A stretch of DNA of 40,078 nucleotides from a virus (lineage: Duplodnaviria; Caudoviricetes), in IMG/VR virus record IMGVR_UViG_3300010398_000007, positions 1-40,078 of that record; one strand, given 5' to 3'. A program made the translations under genes and the position numbers. Below are positions 19,635 through 29,245 of the stretch, piece after piece. The notes beneath the pieces are model-generated. The model had not been told where the DNA came from, did not search any database, and saw only the letters and a program-made list of their open reading frames with translations. Within the stretch, counting starts at the first letter, position 1; each line of letters begins with the position of its first letter.

Positions 19635-20038
19635 TCATTCCGAGCGAAGAACTCGTCACAACAATTCAGCGTTTAACGCTCATGAATTTATTTGTGCTGC
19701 GTAACGCCGACATGCAATCAACCTCCGACCAAAAATTTCGTCGTGTTTTTGGCGGTCTTAACTACTGGCCACTATTCGTTTATGCGCGCCAACGCAGTGG
19801 CGGCGCATCGGTCACTTGTGCCGGTGGCATTTATGATGCGGCAGCGAAGGGCGGAACAGCGATGGTCGCGGCCGCACAGTCCTGGGTCACGCTTGCCGCT
19901 ACGGTGACGGTGCGTGCGGCGATGGCTGCCGCTGCTGACACGACATTATTCTCAAACACGCCGTTCTTATCGCTCACCACTGGATCGACGGCTGCGTGTA
20001 CGGCCGATCTTTGGATTGTTGGACTCGATACAACTTGA
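19631..20038 (+). CDS. Hypothetical virion-module protein
   Basis: 135 aa, ATGA coupling, beta-sandwich character. Confidence 0.6.
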   Translation: MIIPSEELVTTIQRLTLMNLFVLRNADMQSTSDQKFRRVFGGLNYWPLFVYARQRSGGASVTCAGGIYDAAAKGGTAMVAAAQSWVTLAATVTVRAAMAAAADTTLFSNTPFLSLTTGSTAACTADLWIVGLDTT

Positions 20039-20048
20039 GGTGACTACG

Positions 20049-20219
20049 ATGGCCATAAACTCACGAGCGCTCACGTACCGCGACGGCCAGCCGCGGACAA
20101 AAAAGGAGAATGGCAACACGCCGATGCTCCCGGTCATGAAGGCCAAGATCGGTCATCCGATGAAAGCCGGCAGCGCGAAGCCACTCTTCCCTAATTGGGA
20201 CAACATGCTGAAGCGATGA
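20049..20219 (+). CDS. Small basic hypothetical protein
   Basis: 56 aa, GAGGTG RBS. Confidence 0.55.
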   Translation: MAINSRALTYRDGQPRTKKENGNTPMLPVMKAKIGHPMKAGSAKPLFPNWDNMLKR

Positions 20220-20572
20220 GTGACTCGCTGCCGCAAATTGAGTCTCGAGCCCGTCAGCTATCGAGAGAGCTCACGCCCGAGATCATTAACGACGAGCATC
20301 GTCGTTGGATGTGGTTAGGCGAGAGACTCGCCACGGTGCAATCTCTTGCGGAGCACACTGCCGTGGGCCTCGAATCTCACGCCCGTGACGATCGTGCGCA
20401 GTTCGCGACTCTTGCAACGCAAGTCAATCAAGTGAATGTCGCCATCCACGCGGAAGAAACCAAAGACGCTCGCACCGAGGGAGAGCGAGCGACGTGGAGG
20501 AGGATCCGCAGGTGGATCATCTGGATCATCCCGACCAGTATCGCTGGATGGGCGGCGTGGAAGTCGAAGTAA
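20216..20572 (+). CDS. Coiled-coil protein with C-terminal TM (lysis module)
   Basis: ATGA coupling; C-terminal WIIWIIPTSIAGWAAW. Confidence 0.55.
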   Translation: MSDSLPQIESRARQLSRELTPEIINDEHRRWMWLGERLATVQSLAEHTAVGLESHARDDRAQFATLATQVNQVNVAIHAEETKDARTEGERATWRRIRRWIIWIIPTSIAGWAAWKSK

Positions 20573-20856
20573 AAACAGAAGTCCACAAGCATGTCCACAC
20601 GCTCGGTGGGGTCGGTTGGGCGATTCTTTTGGTTATCATCATCCTTTCCGGCATCGGTATTACGATGCTTTTTGACCACATGGATCAGCAGACCCAAGTG
20701 ATCGCCACCAACCTTGCGCGCCAAAAACAATTGGAGGACGAGGTCATCGCCATGCGCAATGCGAAACAGCTCGACTACAATCACGTGCACGATCTTGAGA
20801 GCGAAATTCAGGCGCTCACGATCGCTACACAAGTTATCGGGAGATGCAGAAAATGA
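20557..20856 (+). CDS. N-anchored membrane coiled-coil protein (lysis module, possibly spanin- or holin-related)
   Basis: TM WAILLVIIILSGIGITMLF followed by a coiled coil; just upstream of the endolysin. Confidence 0.5.
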   Translation: MEVEVKTEVHKHVHTLGGVGWAILLVIIILSGIGITMLFDHMDQQTQVIATNLARQKQLEDEVIAMRNAKQLDYNHVHDLESEIQALTIATQVIGRCRK

Positions 20857-21260
20857 GCGACGACGACGACACCACTACCGTACACCCTAATGCGCAGCTC
20901 ACCCCTCACGGCCACAGGGAGATGCAGTCACAGTTTGTTTGGCTGGTTGCGGATTTCCTGCACCATGTGAAGGTCAATATGCCAAACCATGAATTCACAT
21001 TCGGTGAATGCTATCGAACGCCGGAGCAGGCAGTCTTCAATGCCGAACACGGGTCCGGCATCTCCCACAGTCTGCACACCGAGCGACTCGCCATCGATTT
21101 GCAACTATTCATTGGTGGGATCTACCAAGAAGACACTGATGCGTATCGTGAACTCGGCGAGTACTGGAAGTCACTTGATCCGCAATGCCGCTGGGGCGGC
21201 GATATCGCGCAACGTCCCGATGGCAATCACTTCAGCTTTTCTCCGGATCAAAGAATATGA
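20853..21260 (+). CDS. Endolysin, M15-family zinc peptidase
   Basis: YRTPEQ, SLHTERLAID (HxxxxxxD) and WGGD...DGNHFS motifs. Confidence 0.85.
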   Translation: MSDDDDTTTVHPNAQLTPHGHREMQSQFVWLVADFLHHVKVNMPNHEFTFGECYRTPEQAVFNAEHGSGISHSLHTERLAIDLQLFIGGIYQEDTDAYRELGEYWKSLDPQCRWGGDIAQRPDGNHFSFSPDQRI

Positions 21261-21673
21261 ATAAATTGTTACTTGTTGCGCTCCTAGCGCTCACGTGGGC
21301 GTTCTACTACGGGCACGCTGCTGCGGACAGTACCACTGCCGTGTGTACGCCGCCGCCGCCGATGAACTCTGTGATCGTCGGTACAAGTGAGTGCACTACG
21401 AATAGTAGTGGCGTGACCACGATGAGCGTGACGATCCTTGTTCCGAAAGTCGACGCCAACAATACGAACGCCTACCGTCTAGTCCTTAATCTCACGCCGA
21501 GCGGATCAGGAGACATTGTTATGGTGGTCGGTGGAACCGTCGCCGCGGGTTCGGCGTGCGATGCAACTGAAGCGATTACGACACACGGTTTGACGTATTA
21601 TCGAGTCGACCGAACACTAGTCAACTTTTCCGGAAACAATAAACCCCCCGTGATGTGGGGCCTTTGTACTTGA
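21257..21673 (+). CDS. Predicted exported protein
   Basis: Signal peptide MNKLLLVALLALTWAFYYGHAAA; 4 Cys in the mature part. Confidence 0.6.
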   Translation: MNKLLLVALLALTWAFYYGHAAADSTTAVCTPPPPMNSVIVGTSECTTNSSGVTTMSVTILVPKVDANNTNAYRLVLNLTPSGSGDIVMVVGGTVAAGSACDATEAITTHGLTYYRVDRTLVNFSGNNKPPVMWGLCT

Positions 21674-21680
21674 GGTAGTT

Positions 21681-21989
21681 ATGTCAACAGTCAACATTAA
21701 GCTCACCATTGCCCTCGCGCAGACTCATCCGCCAACCGGCGTAGTCTTCGACCATATCGACGTCACGCTGACGGATGCCTCTGGATCGCCTCAGACGCAG
21801 GCTATTCCGGGTTCCACGGCACCGAGTGTCGATGTGGTGTTTGCAAACGTTCAGGACGGGAAGATGACCGCCATGGCGGTTGCGAAAGATACCCAGGGAA
21901 ACGACATCGGCACGCCCGTGACGGGAACGTTCGACAGCAGCACCGGTGAATTCCCGGCACCAACCGGGATTTCCTTTGCGGTTGTATGA
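21681..21989 (+). CDS. Ig/FN3-like beta-sandwich protein
   Basis: 102 aa, GAGG RBS; VTLTDASG...VVFANVQDG..TAMAVAKDTQGNDIG pattern. Confidence 0.55.
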   Translation: MSTVNIKLTIALAQTHPPTGVVFDHIDVTLTDASGSPQTQAIPGSTAPSVDVVFANVQDGKMTAMAVAKDTQGNDIGTPVTGTFDSSTGEFPAPTGISFAVV

Positions 21990-22147
21990 CCACTGAGGAT
22001 CGGATTGACCTCATCGAGCAGTATTTGCTCGCCGCGCAGCAGGCTATCCTGATGGCGCAAAAGCAGCTGCTCGAACTCCGCAAGGATCTCAACCCGAAGC
22101 CGTTCCCGCAGCCGACCGCGGTTCATTTCTCGATAGCTGGTAAGTGA
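21986..22147 (+). CDS. Small hypothetical protein (53 aa, not in ORF track)
   Basis: MTTEDRIDLIEQYLLAAQQAILMAQKQLLELRKDLNPKPFPQPTAVHFSIAGK; start/stop overlaps on both sides. Confidence 0.6.
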   Translation: MTTEDRIDLIEQYLLAAQQAILMAQKQLLELRKDLNPKPFPQPTAVHFSIAGK

Positions 22148-22407
22148 GGGTTTCGAAGCTTTACGTCCGATACGTCTTGGCAGAGGTCAAGATCGGCGGG
22201 TGTGAAGAGAGCGAGATATTCCACGCAGACCGGGCATGCTCGCACTGCGGCAAGCAGTACCCATATGGCAGTACGCACGCGTGCGACAAGAAGCTATACT
22301 TAAAAAGAACGACTGACTTAGGCGATGGGCGGCAAGCGGTTGCGATCGGCAATACGGCGGCCCGAACTCGACTGAGTCAGTCCTTAACCTCAAAGGTGAA
22401 GCCATGA
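22144..22407 (+). CDS. Hypothetical zinc-finger protein
   Basis: CSHCG...HAC; coupled by GTGA and ATGA overlaps. Confidence 0.45.
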   Translation: MRVSKLYVRYVLAEVKIGGCEESEIFHADRACSHCGKQYPYGSTHACDKKLYLKRTTDLGDGRQAVAIGNTAARTRLSQSLTSKVKP

Positions 22408-22634
22408 GTACACTCTCAGACTTTTGGAAGGATCACGGAACAAAGGCGCTAGGGACTGCGACCACCGTTGTGTCTGGACTCCTTACGCTCAACCAGGCCA
22501 TGCCAGGAATAATTCCGGATCAATATCAGCCCTACCTAATGGCACTCGGGCTTGTGCTTGGAGCTGGCACCGTCAAGCGTGGCTTCACGAACAGCGCGAA
22601 TGCGGTGACGGCGGCGCCAACACAGACTAGTTAA
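22404..22634 (+). CDS. Putative holin
   Basis: 76 aa, two TM segments, last gene of the late operon. Confidence 0.6.
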   Translation: MSTLSDFWKDHGTKALGTATTVVSGLLTLNQAMPGIIPDQYQPYLMALGLVLGAGTVKRGFTNSANAVTAAPTQTS

Positions 22635-22744
22635 GTCGCTTTTGTGTTGGGAGATTGGCGGGCGGGAGGACAAAGGCATGCGCCCTCACCGACTAGACGC
22701 TGTCGCTCACGTGACTGCACGACTGGCGCTCTAAACCAGTGCGC

Positions 22745-22963
22745 CTACGAATCCATCTTCTCTTTGAATTCGTAGCACCAATTGCCATCGTACGTGATGC
22801 GCGCCATTGGGACCCACGAGATGTTGCCATCTGGACGCGGAGTAGGAATTGATCCTGGTATCGGGCCGCGCCGGCAAATCAACTGACTTTCGATCGACGG
22901 CGGAGGCGCGTACACCTTCTCGCAGTAGAAGCATTTACCGCAGGATCGTTTGATGTCGTTCAT
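22745..22963 (-). CDS. Cys-rich hypothetical protein
   Basis: SCGKCFYC...CRRGP...WCYEF, a common phage pattern. Confidence 0.6.
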   Translation of the reverse strand: MNDIKRSCGKCFYCEKVYAPPPSIESQLICRRGPIPGSIPTPRPDGNISWVPMARITYDGNWCYEFKEKMDS

Positions 22964-23814
22964 ATCAATCCGTGCGCCTCCTCTTTTGGTGGCTGGTCTT
23001 TTGGTGGCTCTGGTTTGGCAGGCGTCGACTCCACCTTACCCATCGCCCACTTCGCAAGCCGCTCGCCGATGGCTTCCGACAGCGGCAACTGAGTAGCGCC
23101 ATCGGCAGGAGGCGCGCGCAGTTCCTTGAATTGCTCGGGGAGCTTAATCATCATCTTCTCGCCGATCTCGTTCGACTGCCACGTCGGCACGCCGCCAGCG
23201 TTTGGAAGTAAAAGGCACGCGAGCATCATTTCGTAGACGAATTCCTCGCCAGCGATCGGCATGAACCCCATCGGAATCGGTGCGCGCTTTGGAATGATCT
23301 TAAGCTTCTCTTTCGAACGGAAGCAGAAAATAAAGCTCGCCGGCAATTGCAGGATGGTGTTAATCATGCGCCGACGAGCAGCCTTCGGCTTAGCCCACGC
23401 GAGAAAATTGACGGCGTCCATCTTGGCTGGATCGCCTTTCGACAAGCGCTGCACCTCTTCCTCGTGCCACTCGAGTACTCCCCCTGGCCCTTCGTGCTCG
23501 TGGCTCATGCTGTCGACGATGACGACACCGGCGCCCTTCTTAACGCAATGCTCAATCGCCGCCAGGTAGTCGTCGGGTGAGAACGGCGCGCCGAAGGCAA
23601 CGTGACGGAACTTGAATTGCCCCGCGTAGTGCAGCATGCGACGTGCTTCGGTGTCGATGCCGTAAATATCGCCGCCGTTGATGCGCTGAATGCCGGTGGC
23701 AAGTCGAAGCGCTGAGAAGGTCTTGCCGCCACCAGATGGACCAAAGAGTCCAATCATGAGCGGGACTTTTTCGCGGACTGCGACGCGATCTTCGAAGGTT
23801 CGGTTACTCGTCAT
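22960..23814 (-). CDS. Sak4-like RecA-fold ATPase (AAA_24-type) recombinase
   Basis: Walker A GPSGGGKT, IDTE, Walker B VVIVDSMSHE; adjacent to an exonuclease. Confidence 0.8.
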   Translation of the reverse strand: MTSNRTFEDRVAVREKVPLMIGLFGPSGGGKTFSALRLATGIQRINGGDIYGIDTEARRMLHYAGQFKFRHVAFGAPFSPDDYLAAIEHCVKKGAGVVIVDSMSHEHEGPGGVLEWHEEEVQRLSKGDPAKMDAVNFLAWAKPKAARRRMINTILQLPASFIFCFRSKEKLKIIPKRAPIPMGFMPIAGEEFVYEMMLACLLLPNAGGVPTWQSNEIGEKMMIKLPEQFKELRAPPADGATQLPLSEAIGERLAKWAMGKVESTPAKPEPPKDQPPKEEAHGLI

Positions 23815-24667
23815 CTTCCACCTCACTCACTGCTTCAGCCATCTCCTCGTCCATCACCCACGTTGGCAATTCAACGCGCGTGATACCTTGATAAGCAGGC
23901 CAGTTCTTGCTGTGCACACACTGCGACCAAAGATTAACGGCGCGACGCCACCTCGACTTCCCGAATTCATTCAGCGCGCCAGATGGAACCGCAATCGAGA
24001 CCGCATAGGGCGGAGCAGCCTCGACAAAGATCCAGGAAAAAGACAGCTTCCCAGGAATCAAGTCGGCGTGCCGAACACATGATTTGTATGCCGCACTCTG
24101 AATGTCATAACCGTAGCCGACGATGTGTTTAGCAAGCGTCGCTGGGTGTGCGCTGCGAGTTTTCTTTAAGTCGAAGATCGTCGTAAGGCTGAGCGCATCG
24201 AGTCTCGCCTTGCAGGGTACGCTCGTATCATCGTCGGCTATTTCGTCCCAAAAAATAGACACTTGACGTTTGTAAGAAGCAAGATCAATGCCGAAGCGAG
24301 CGATCGACTCAAGCATAGAATTGGCGCACTCCTTGTATGCCGTGAGCTTCTTCGAGATCACCGGAATGCACCCGGCCGCAATCGCGGCGTCTCGCTCCTC
24401 CTGAGCGTCCTTCTTGCGGAAATCATCGTACGGCAATTCCACAATCCGCTTGCCGCCGAAGATGAGCGCATCGATGATGCCGCCTTCGGTCATGGCGTCG
24501 GTCCGATCGCGTGGCTGACCACCGAGAAGTGGATGCTCAGCATACGCGTGCGCTGGTGACTTCATCACGAGCGTCGCAGCGATCGAGGAGGAGAGCCTTG
24601 GGATACCATCGCCGAGAGGATCATTGTGATATTGATCCTCTGGCATGTCGTAGTCTATTTTTAGCAT
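23804..24667 (-). CDS. PD-(D/E)XK exonuclease (RecE / exonuclease VIII-like)
   Basis: EDQYH...LSSS, CKARLD...IFDLKKT, YGYDIQSAAY; GAGG RBS before ATG 24667. Confidence 0.85.
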   Translation of the reverse strand: MLKIDYDMPEDQYHNDPLGDGIPRLSSSIAATLVMKSPAHAYAEHPLLGGQPRDRTDAMTEGGIIDALIFGGKRIVELPYDDFRKKDAQEERDAAIAAGCIPVISKKLTAYKECANSMLESIARFGIDLASYKRQVSIFWDEIADDDTSVPCKARLDALSLTTIFDLKKTRSAHPATLAKHIVGYGYDIQSAAYKSCVRHADLIPGKLSFSWIFVEAAPPYAVSIAVPSGALNEFGKSRWRRAVNLWSQCVHSKNWPAYQGITRVELPTWVMDEEMAEAVSEVEDDE

Positions 24668-24705
24668 TGCCACCAACCTCAAAATTAGTATACTTGTTAA
24701 GTATA
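24667..24705 (+). promoter_or_regulatory. Rightward sigma70-like promoter overlapped by a 17-bp palindrome
   Basis: TTGCCA (24667-72), 16-bp spacer, TATACT (24689-94); palindrome TATACTT-GTT-AAGTATA at 24689-24705. Confidence 0.55.
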
Positions 24706-24730
24706 GTCGCAAAACGAGAGGCACGCGTCA

Positions 24731-24934
24731 ATGAGTTTCATCAAAACGCTGGACAGATTCTGTGACTACGTCGAAGTGTCGCGACCATCCATCAAAGACG
24801 CGGTGATTTCAGTCACTGAGCGTCACGCGCGCAACACGCTAAAAATAAAAAAGAAAGATCCGCTCGTTTACAGAGGTCTCACGCTTAAATGCATCGGTTC
24901 GCAGCGCTGGCGCAACGACCATCAGCAGCAATGA
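24731..24934 (+). CDS. Hypothetical protein
   Basis: 67 aa, GAGG RBS, ATGA coupling to the helicase. Confidence 0.55.
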   Translation: MSFIKTLDRFCDYVEVSRPSIKDAVISVTERHARNTLKIKKKDPLVYRGLTLKCIGSQRWRNDHQQQ

Positions 24935-26316
24935 TTTCTCTTCGTCCCTATCAAGAGAAAATCGTCGCCGATGTGCGCGCTGCGTACAAGGGCGGCGCTC
25001 GAGCGCCACTCCTCGTCTCCCCAACCGGTAGCGGCAAGACGGTCATTTTCAGCTACATCACTGAGTCGATGTATCGCGCGCGTCGACCTGTGATGATCCT
25101 CGTACATCGCGCAGAGCTACTTGAACAAGTCTCGCAAACCTTAAAAGAATTCGGAGTCCCGCATGGCATTGTTGACCCTTTACATCGACCGTCGCCACAC
25201 GAAATTGTGCAATGTGTCTCTGTATGGAGCCTCATTCGTCGATCTCACTACCCCGCCGCGCACTTGGTTATCGTCGATGAGGCGCATCATTGTGTACCGA
25301 CGACGACTTGGGGCCGCGTGGTTTCTCACTATGCTCAAAGTAAGCTGTTGGGCGTTACAGCAACGCCTATACGACTTAGTGGGGAGGGACTAGGAGATGT
25401 ATTCGATACGCTTGTCGTTGGTCCAAACTACCCATCGCTTTTGGCGTGTGGCGCCCTGGCGCCGCTCGTGGTTTATGCGCCGTCGTGTATCAACACCGAA
25501 GGCGTCCATACACGGGCAGGGGATTTCGTCAACAAGGAACTTGCCGCGCTCATCGATCGACCGACCATCACGGGCGATGCAGTTCAGAGCTACAAAAAAT
25601 TCGGTGATGGAAAGTCGGCGGTGGTCTTCTGCTGCTCAGTCGAGCACGCACACCACGTTGCCGGTGAGTTTGCGGCAAATGGTGTCGCTGCGCTACCTAT
25701 TGATGGCTCGCTTGCACCAGAAATCAGACGCGGAATGGTCCAAGATTTTACGCTTGGCCGTATCCGAGTCCTCACCTCATGCGACCTTATTTCGGAGGGG
25801 TTCGACGTACCGCGCATCGAAATTGGCATTAGCCTCCGCCCTACACAATCGGAGGGTTTGTGGCTACAGCAAGTGGGTCGCATCCTGCGGCCATTCCCAG
25901 GAAAAGAACGCGCGATCCTTCTCGATCATGCTGGCAACTCAGTACGTCATGGCCTGCCTACCGAGGTTCGCGAGTGGTCGCTATCGGGGGGCACAACACG
26001 CACGAGCTCTCAAGAACCTCGAGCTCGCATTTGCCCATTCTGCTTTGCTGCATCACCGGCGACAAATACGGCTTGCGTTGAATGCAGCCGAGTGTTCCCA
26101 AAGAGAGAGGTGGATCGCGAACCCATCGAGCGCGCGGGTGAATTAGCGGAAGTCGACGAGGCGGCGATCAAGCGCGCGCGCACCACGTTGCAGTTTCAGG
26201 CGAAAAGTCTCGAGGAGCTGCGCGCACTAGGAAAAGCTCTTAAGTATAAGCCAGGGTGGGCCGAGCATGTATACAAAGCCAGGATGGCAAAGCAGGGGCG
26301 AAGAGAGGCAGAATGA
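24931..26316 (+). CDS. SF2 DEAH helicase with C-terminal zinc finger
   Basis: LRPYQ, PTGSGKT, DEAH, TAT, EGFDVP, QQVGRILR, CPFC/CVEC. Confidence 0.93.
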   Translation: MISLRPYQEKIVADVRAAYKGGARAPLLVSPTGSGKTVIFSYITESMYRARRPVMILVHRAELLEQVSQTLKEFGVPHGIVDPLHRPSPHEIVQCVSVWSLIRRSHYPAAHLVIVDEAHHCVPTTTWGRVVSHYAQSKLLGVTATPIRLSGEGLGDVFDTLVVGPNYPSLLACGALAPLVVYAPSCINTEGVHTRAGDFVNKELAALIDRPTITGDAVQSYKKFGDGKSAVVFCCSVEHAHHVAGEFAANGVAALPIDGSLAPEIRRGMVQDFTLGRIRVLTSCDLISEGFDVPRIEIGISLRPTQSEGLWLQQVGRILRPFPGKERAILLDHAGNSVRHGLPTEVREWSLSGGTTRTSSQEPRARICPFCFAASPATNTACVECSRVFPKREVDREPIERAGELAEVDEAAIKRARTTLQFQAKSLEELRALGKALKYKPGWAEHVYKARMAKQGRREAE

Positions 26317-26492
26317 AATTTCAGCGCTACCTTAACTGCGAAGGCAAGGAGCGGTTCCGCTCACATTCTCTAGCACGCAAGGTCGCATCGAAGATCGCAC
26401 ACCGAAGTTGCGACAAGATGCGCGCCTATTCGTGCGGATTTTGCGGTGGATATCATGTTGGCGGATCACGGTTTGCAAAAGAGAGAAAATGA
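26313..26492 (+). CDS. Small zinc-finger protein
   Basis: CEGKERF...YSCGFCGGYHVG; ATGA overlaps. Confidence 0.6.
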   Translation: MKFQRYLNCEGKERFRSHSLARKVASKIAHRSCDKMRAYSCGFCGGYHVGGSRFAKERK

Positions 26493-26842
26493 GCGAAACC
26501 GATGTGCTGCGACCGACTCTCCTCCTGTCGAGAGGGGGCGTCCGACTGTGGCGAAACAACAATGGGGTGCTACAGGATAAATTCGGCAACTTCATCCAAT
26601 TCGGGCTCGCTCCTGGAAGTGCCGATTGCATCGGCTTTAAGTCGATCCTCATCACGGAGGAAATGATCGGCAAGCGCATTGCTCAGTTCGTATCGATCGA
26701 GACGAAGTCGCCAACCGGAAAAACAAACAAGAAACGCCTCGAGACGCAAACCAACTGGCGAAACATGGTCATTGAGCACGGCGGCATAGCCGGCTTCTCG
26801 CGATCGGTTGAAGAATCAAAGGCACTCTTGGGTGTCGAATGA
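26489..26842 (+). CDS. VRR-NUC domain nuclease
   Basis: WRNNNG, GSADCIG, FVSIETKS, QTNW...GGIAG. Confidence 0.85.
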   Translation: MSETDVLRPTLLLSRGGVRLWRNNNGVLQDKFGNFIQFGLAPGSADCIGFKSILITEEMIGKRIAQFVSIETKSPTGKTNKKRLETQTNWRNMVIEHGGIAGFSRSVEESKALLGVE

Positions 26843-28584
26843 TCGAGGTCGACCCACTCCGTCCGACGATCATCGTAAGCACGCGCATTGCCGTCAGCGC
26901 ATTGAGTCGTGTGCTCGAGCGATATCAGATTTTCTCCTGCCAGGAACTCCTGAACGGCAGCGCGCCCGATTGGTCGTTATTCCGCGGCGCCAATGTCCTC
27001 ATGTGGCCGGATGGCGGCGATGCGTCTCGATTGCAAATGGATCGCGTTGGTGCCGAGCTCGCACTTGCGAATTGCTCGCCGCGCATTATCGATACCTTCG
27101 GTCTTGAGGCCGACTGGTCGCCACACACGCTGGTGACGATCAGAAAACTCGGGGCGAATGAGATTGTCGCGTACGCCAAAGAAAAAGTAATGAGCTGGCG
27201 ACCGCTCGATGTGGCCGAGTCCCTTGAGATTGAACCACCCACGCCAACCTCTGTCGTTGTCGAGCCACCGAAGGCAAAGCGGACACTAAGGGCCAAGAAC
27301 GGCCACCAGGTCGTTAACGACCCGAAGCAAAACAGCATCTTCATCCAGTGGGAACAAATGGGCCTGGTCAAGAACGGCAGCGGGCAGCCCATCATCAATA
27401 TTGACAACGTCGTGCGGATTCTTGAGAAGCACCCAAAGCGAGATGAGCGCCCCATCTGGCTGGACACGTTCTTGCAGCGCATCATGACGATCGGGGATGA
27501 CGGGAAGCCAGAACATTGGACGGACGCCCATGATCTTCGCTTTACCCTTTGGTGCCAGCGCCGACTTGGGGTTGCCAAAATGACAGCGGCAGCGGTACGA
27601 GATGCCGTCATCACCTATGCGGTGCGCCACTCACAGGATTCATTGTGCGAGTGGGTCAATAAGCTCGAGTGGGATAAGCAGTGCCGGCTCGACTCCTTCC
27701 TGGAAGATGGCTTCGGGACCGCGAAAACTCCCTATACAGTTACCGTAGGACGCTCCTGGCTCATCTCGATGATCGCTCGGGCTCTAAACCCAGGGTGCCA
27801 AGTCGACACGATGGTGGTGCTTGAGGGACCGCAGGGCATCAAGAAAAACAGTGCCCTTCGCGTGCTTGGGGCGGACTGGTATGCCGAGATCACGGAGAAG
27901 ATTGGCACCAAAGATTTCATGCAGTGCATTCAGGGCAAATGGCTCATCGAGATCGGCGAACTCCACGGGCTCGACGGTGTGTCGATGGCGCTTGTGAACG
28001 CAACGATCACCAAGCGTTTCGACTACTTCCGCCAATCCTACGGCCATCGCGCGGAGGACTTCCCGCGGCGCTGCGTGTTCTGCGGCACCACGAATCAACC
28101 AGAGTGGTTGACGGACGAGACAGGATCACGACGTTTCCTCCCCGTGCGTGTCCGAGAGGTCAACCTAGATTACTTACGCGCAAACCGAGAGCAATTGTTT
28201 GCCGAGGCGCTCTTTGCGTACCGATCTAACGAGCCTTGGTGGGATTTTCCGGCTGATGAGACACGGAAAAATCAGGACGACCGGTATGCAAATGATCCGT
28301 GGGCGCCTGAAGTGCTGGCTCATGCAGAGCGCTACAAGTTCCGCGGTGTCACAGTCGTCGAAATGATGAAAGACGCGCTCGACATTCCCAAAGACCGATG
28401 GGACCGCAGGGCGTCGAGGCGCATTTCCGGAATTCTTAGGCGCGGCGGATGGATCGATCGCACAGAACGTGTGACCGGACAGCCACATCCGCTCAAGGTT
28501 TTTTACTTTGACACGCAGTCTGTGGATCGAGTGAAGGCGCTAACGAGACTTGCCGAGACTGACAAACAGACTCCCACCACTTAG
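26839..28584 (+). CDS. VapE-like P-loop NTPase (primase/helicase-associated replication protein)
   Basis: PGCQVDTMVVLEGPQGIKKNS, IEIGEL, FRQSYG...FPRRCVFCGTTN...LTDETGSRRF. Confidence 0.85.
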   Translation: MIEVDPLRPTIIVSTRIAVSALSRVLERYQIFSCQELLNGSAPDWSLFRGANVLMWPDGGDASRLQMDRVGAELALANCSPRIIDTFGLEADWSPHTLVTIRKLGANEIVAYAKEKVMSWRPLDVAESLEIEPPTPTSVVVEPPKAKRTLRAKNGHQVVNDPKQNSIFIQWEQMGLVKNGSGQPIINIDNVVRILEKHPKRDERPIWLDTFLQRIMTIGDDGKPEHWTDAHDLRFTLWCQRRLGVAKMTAAAVRDAVITYAVRHSQDSLCEWVNKLEWDKQCRLDSFLEDGFGTAKTPYTVTVGRSWLISMIARALNPGCQVDTMVVLEGPQGIKKNSALRVLGADWYAEITEKIGTKDFMQCIQGKWLIEIGELHGLDGVSMALVNATITKRFDYFRQSYGHRAEDFPRRCVFCGTTNQPEWLTDETGSRRFLPVRVREVNLDYLRANREQLFAEALFAYRSNEPWWDFPADETRKNQDDRYANDPWAPEVLAHAERYKFRGVTVVEMMKDALDIPKDRWDRRASRRISGILRRGGWIDRTERVTGQPHPLKVFYFDTQSVDRVKALTRLAETDKQTPTT

Positions 28585-28919
28585 TGTCTTTCGGATCTCG
28601 AATGTCCGGAGTCATCGGATGGATGAGAAACATCAGAAGAGGATCGACGTGACAGTCGATGAGCTCGTGAGTTGTGAGCTCGTTGATTGCGTCTAGGTTA
28701 TGCATGAAAAGCTCGCCAACGATCCAACGCCCACACGTCGGCATAGCAAAGATCGATGCGCTCGGTTCTGAATGGATCTCGATAGACAGCCGGTGCAGAG
28801 AGACCGAGCCCATCGAATGCCAACGCGTCCTCGACTGATATTTGCCGGATGTGGAAACGCTCATCGGCCGTGCCATTGATGCGATTGGGTTCTTTCATGG
28901 TACATCTTTAGAATTTGTT

Positions 28920-29105
28920 TCAGGTCTCAAAAGGCGTGAGCAGCTCAACAAAATTGACTTCAAGGCCGCCACATTTAAGGCACCAATCTGGATCGCAACC
29001 GTCATCACCGAACCCATAGTGATATCCTCTGCCTTTGCAACGCGGGCATTCGTAGGAATCCAGATAGCCTGATTCTTCGTCCACGACAATTCTGTATTTG
29101 CTCAC
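28920..29105 (-). CDS. Small zinc-finger protein
   Basis: CPRCKGRG...CLKCGG. Confidence 0.5.
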   Translation of the reverse strand: MSKYRIVVDEESGYLDSYECPRCKGRGYHYGFGDDGCDPDWCLKCGGLEVNFVELLTPFET

Positions 29106-29245
29106 CGGATCACTCCGCAATTCACAGTGCGCTTAGGATTCAGCAGGCAACGAATACATGTGAAGCCTGTATGAATCCACGGATACGCGCCGCACCGCCA
29201 ACACGCGCCACGCTTCAAGCCTTTTCGTCTAGCCGGCATGATTTG

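Noticed and set aside
22690-22745. ZTP (pfl) riboswitch or tRNA
   Set aside because: Only a short GACTGGCG resemblance; the other conserved elements, a downstream gene and a cloverleaf/TTCGA arm are missing.
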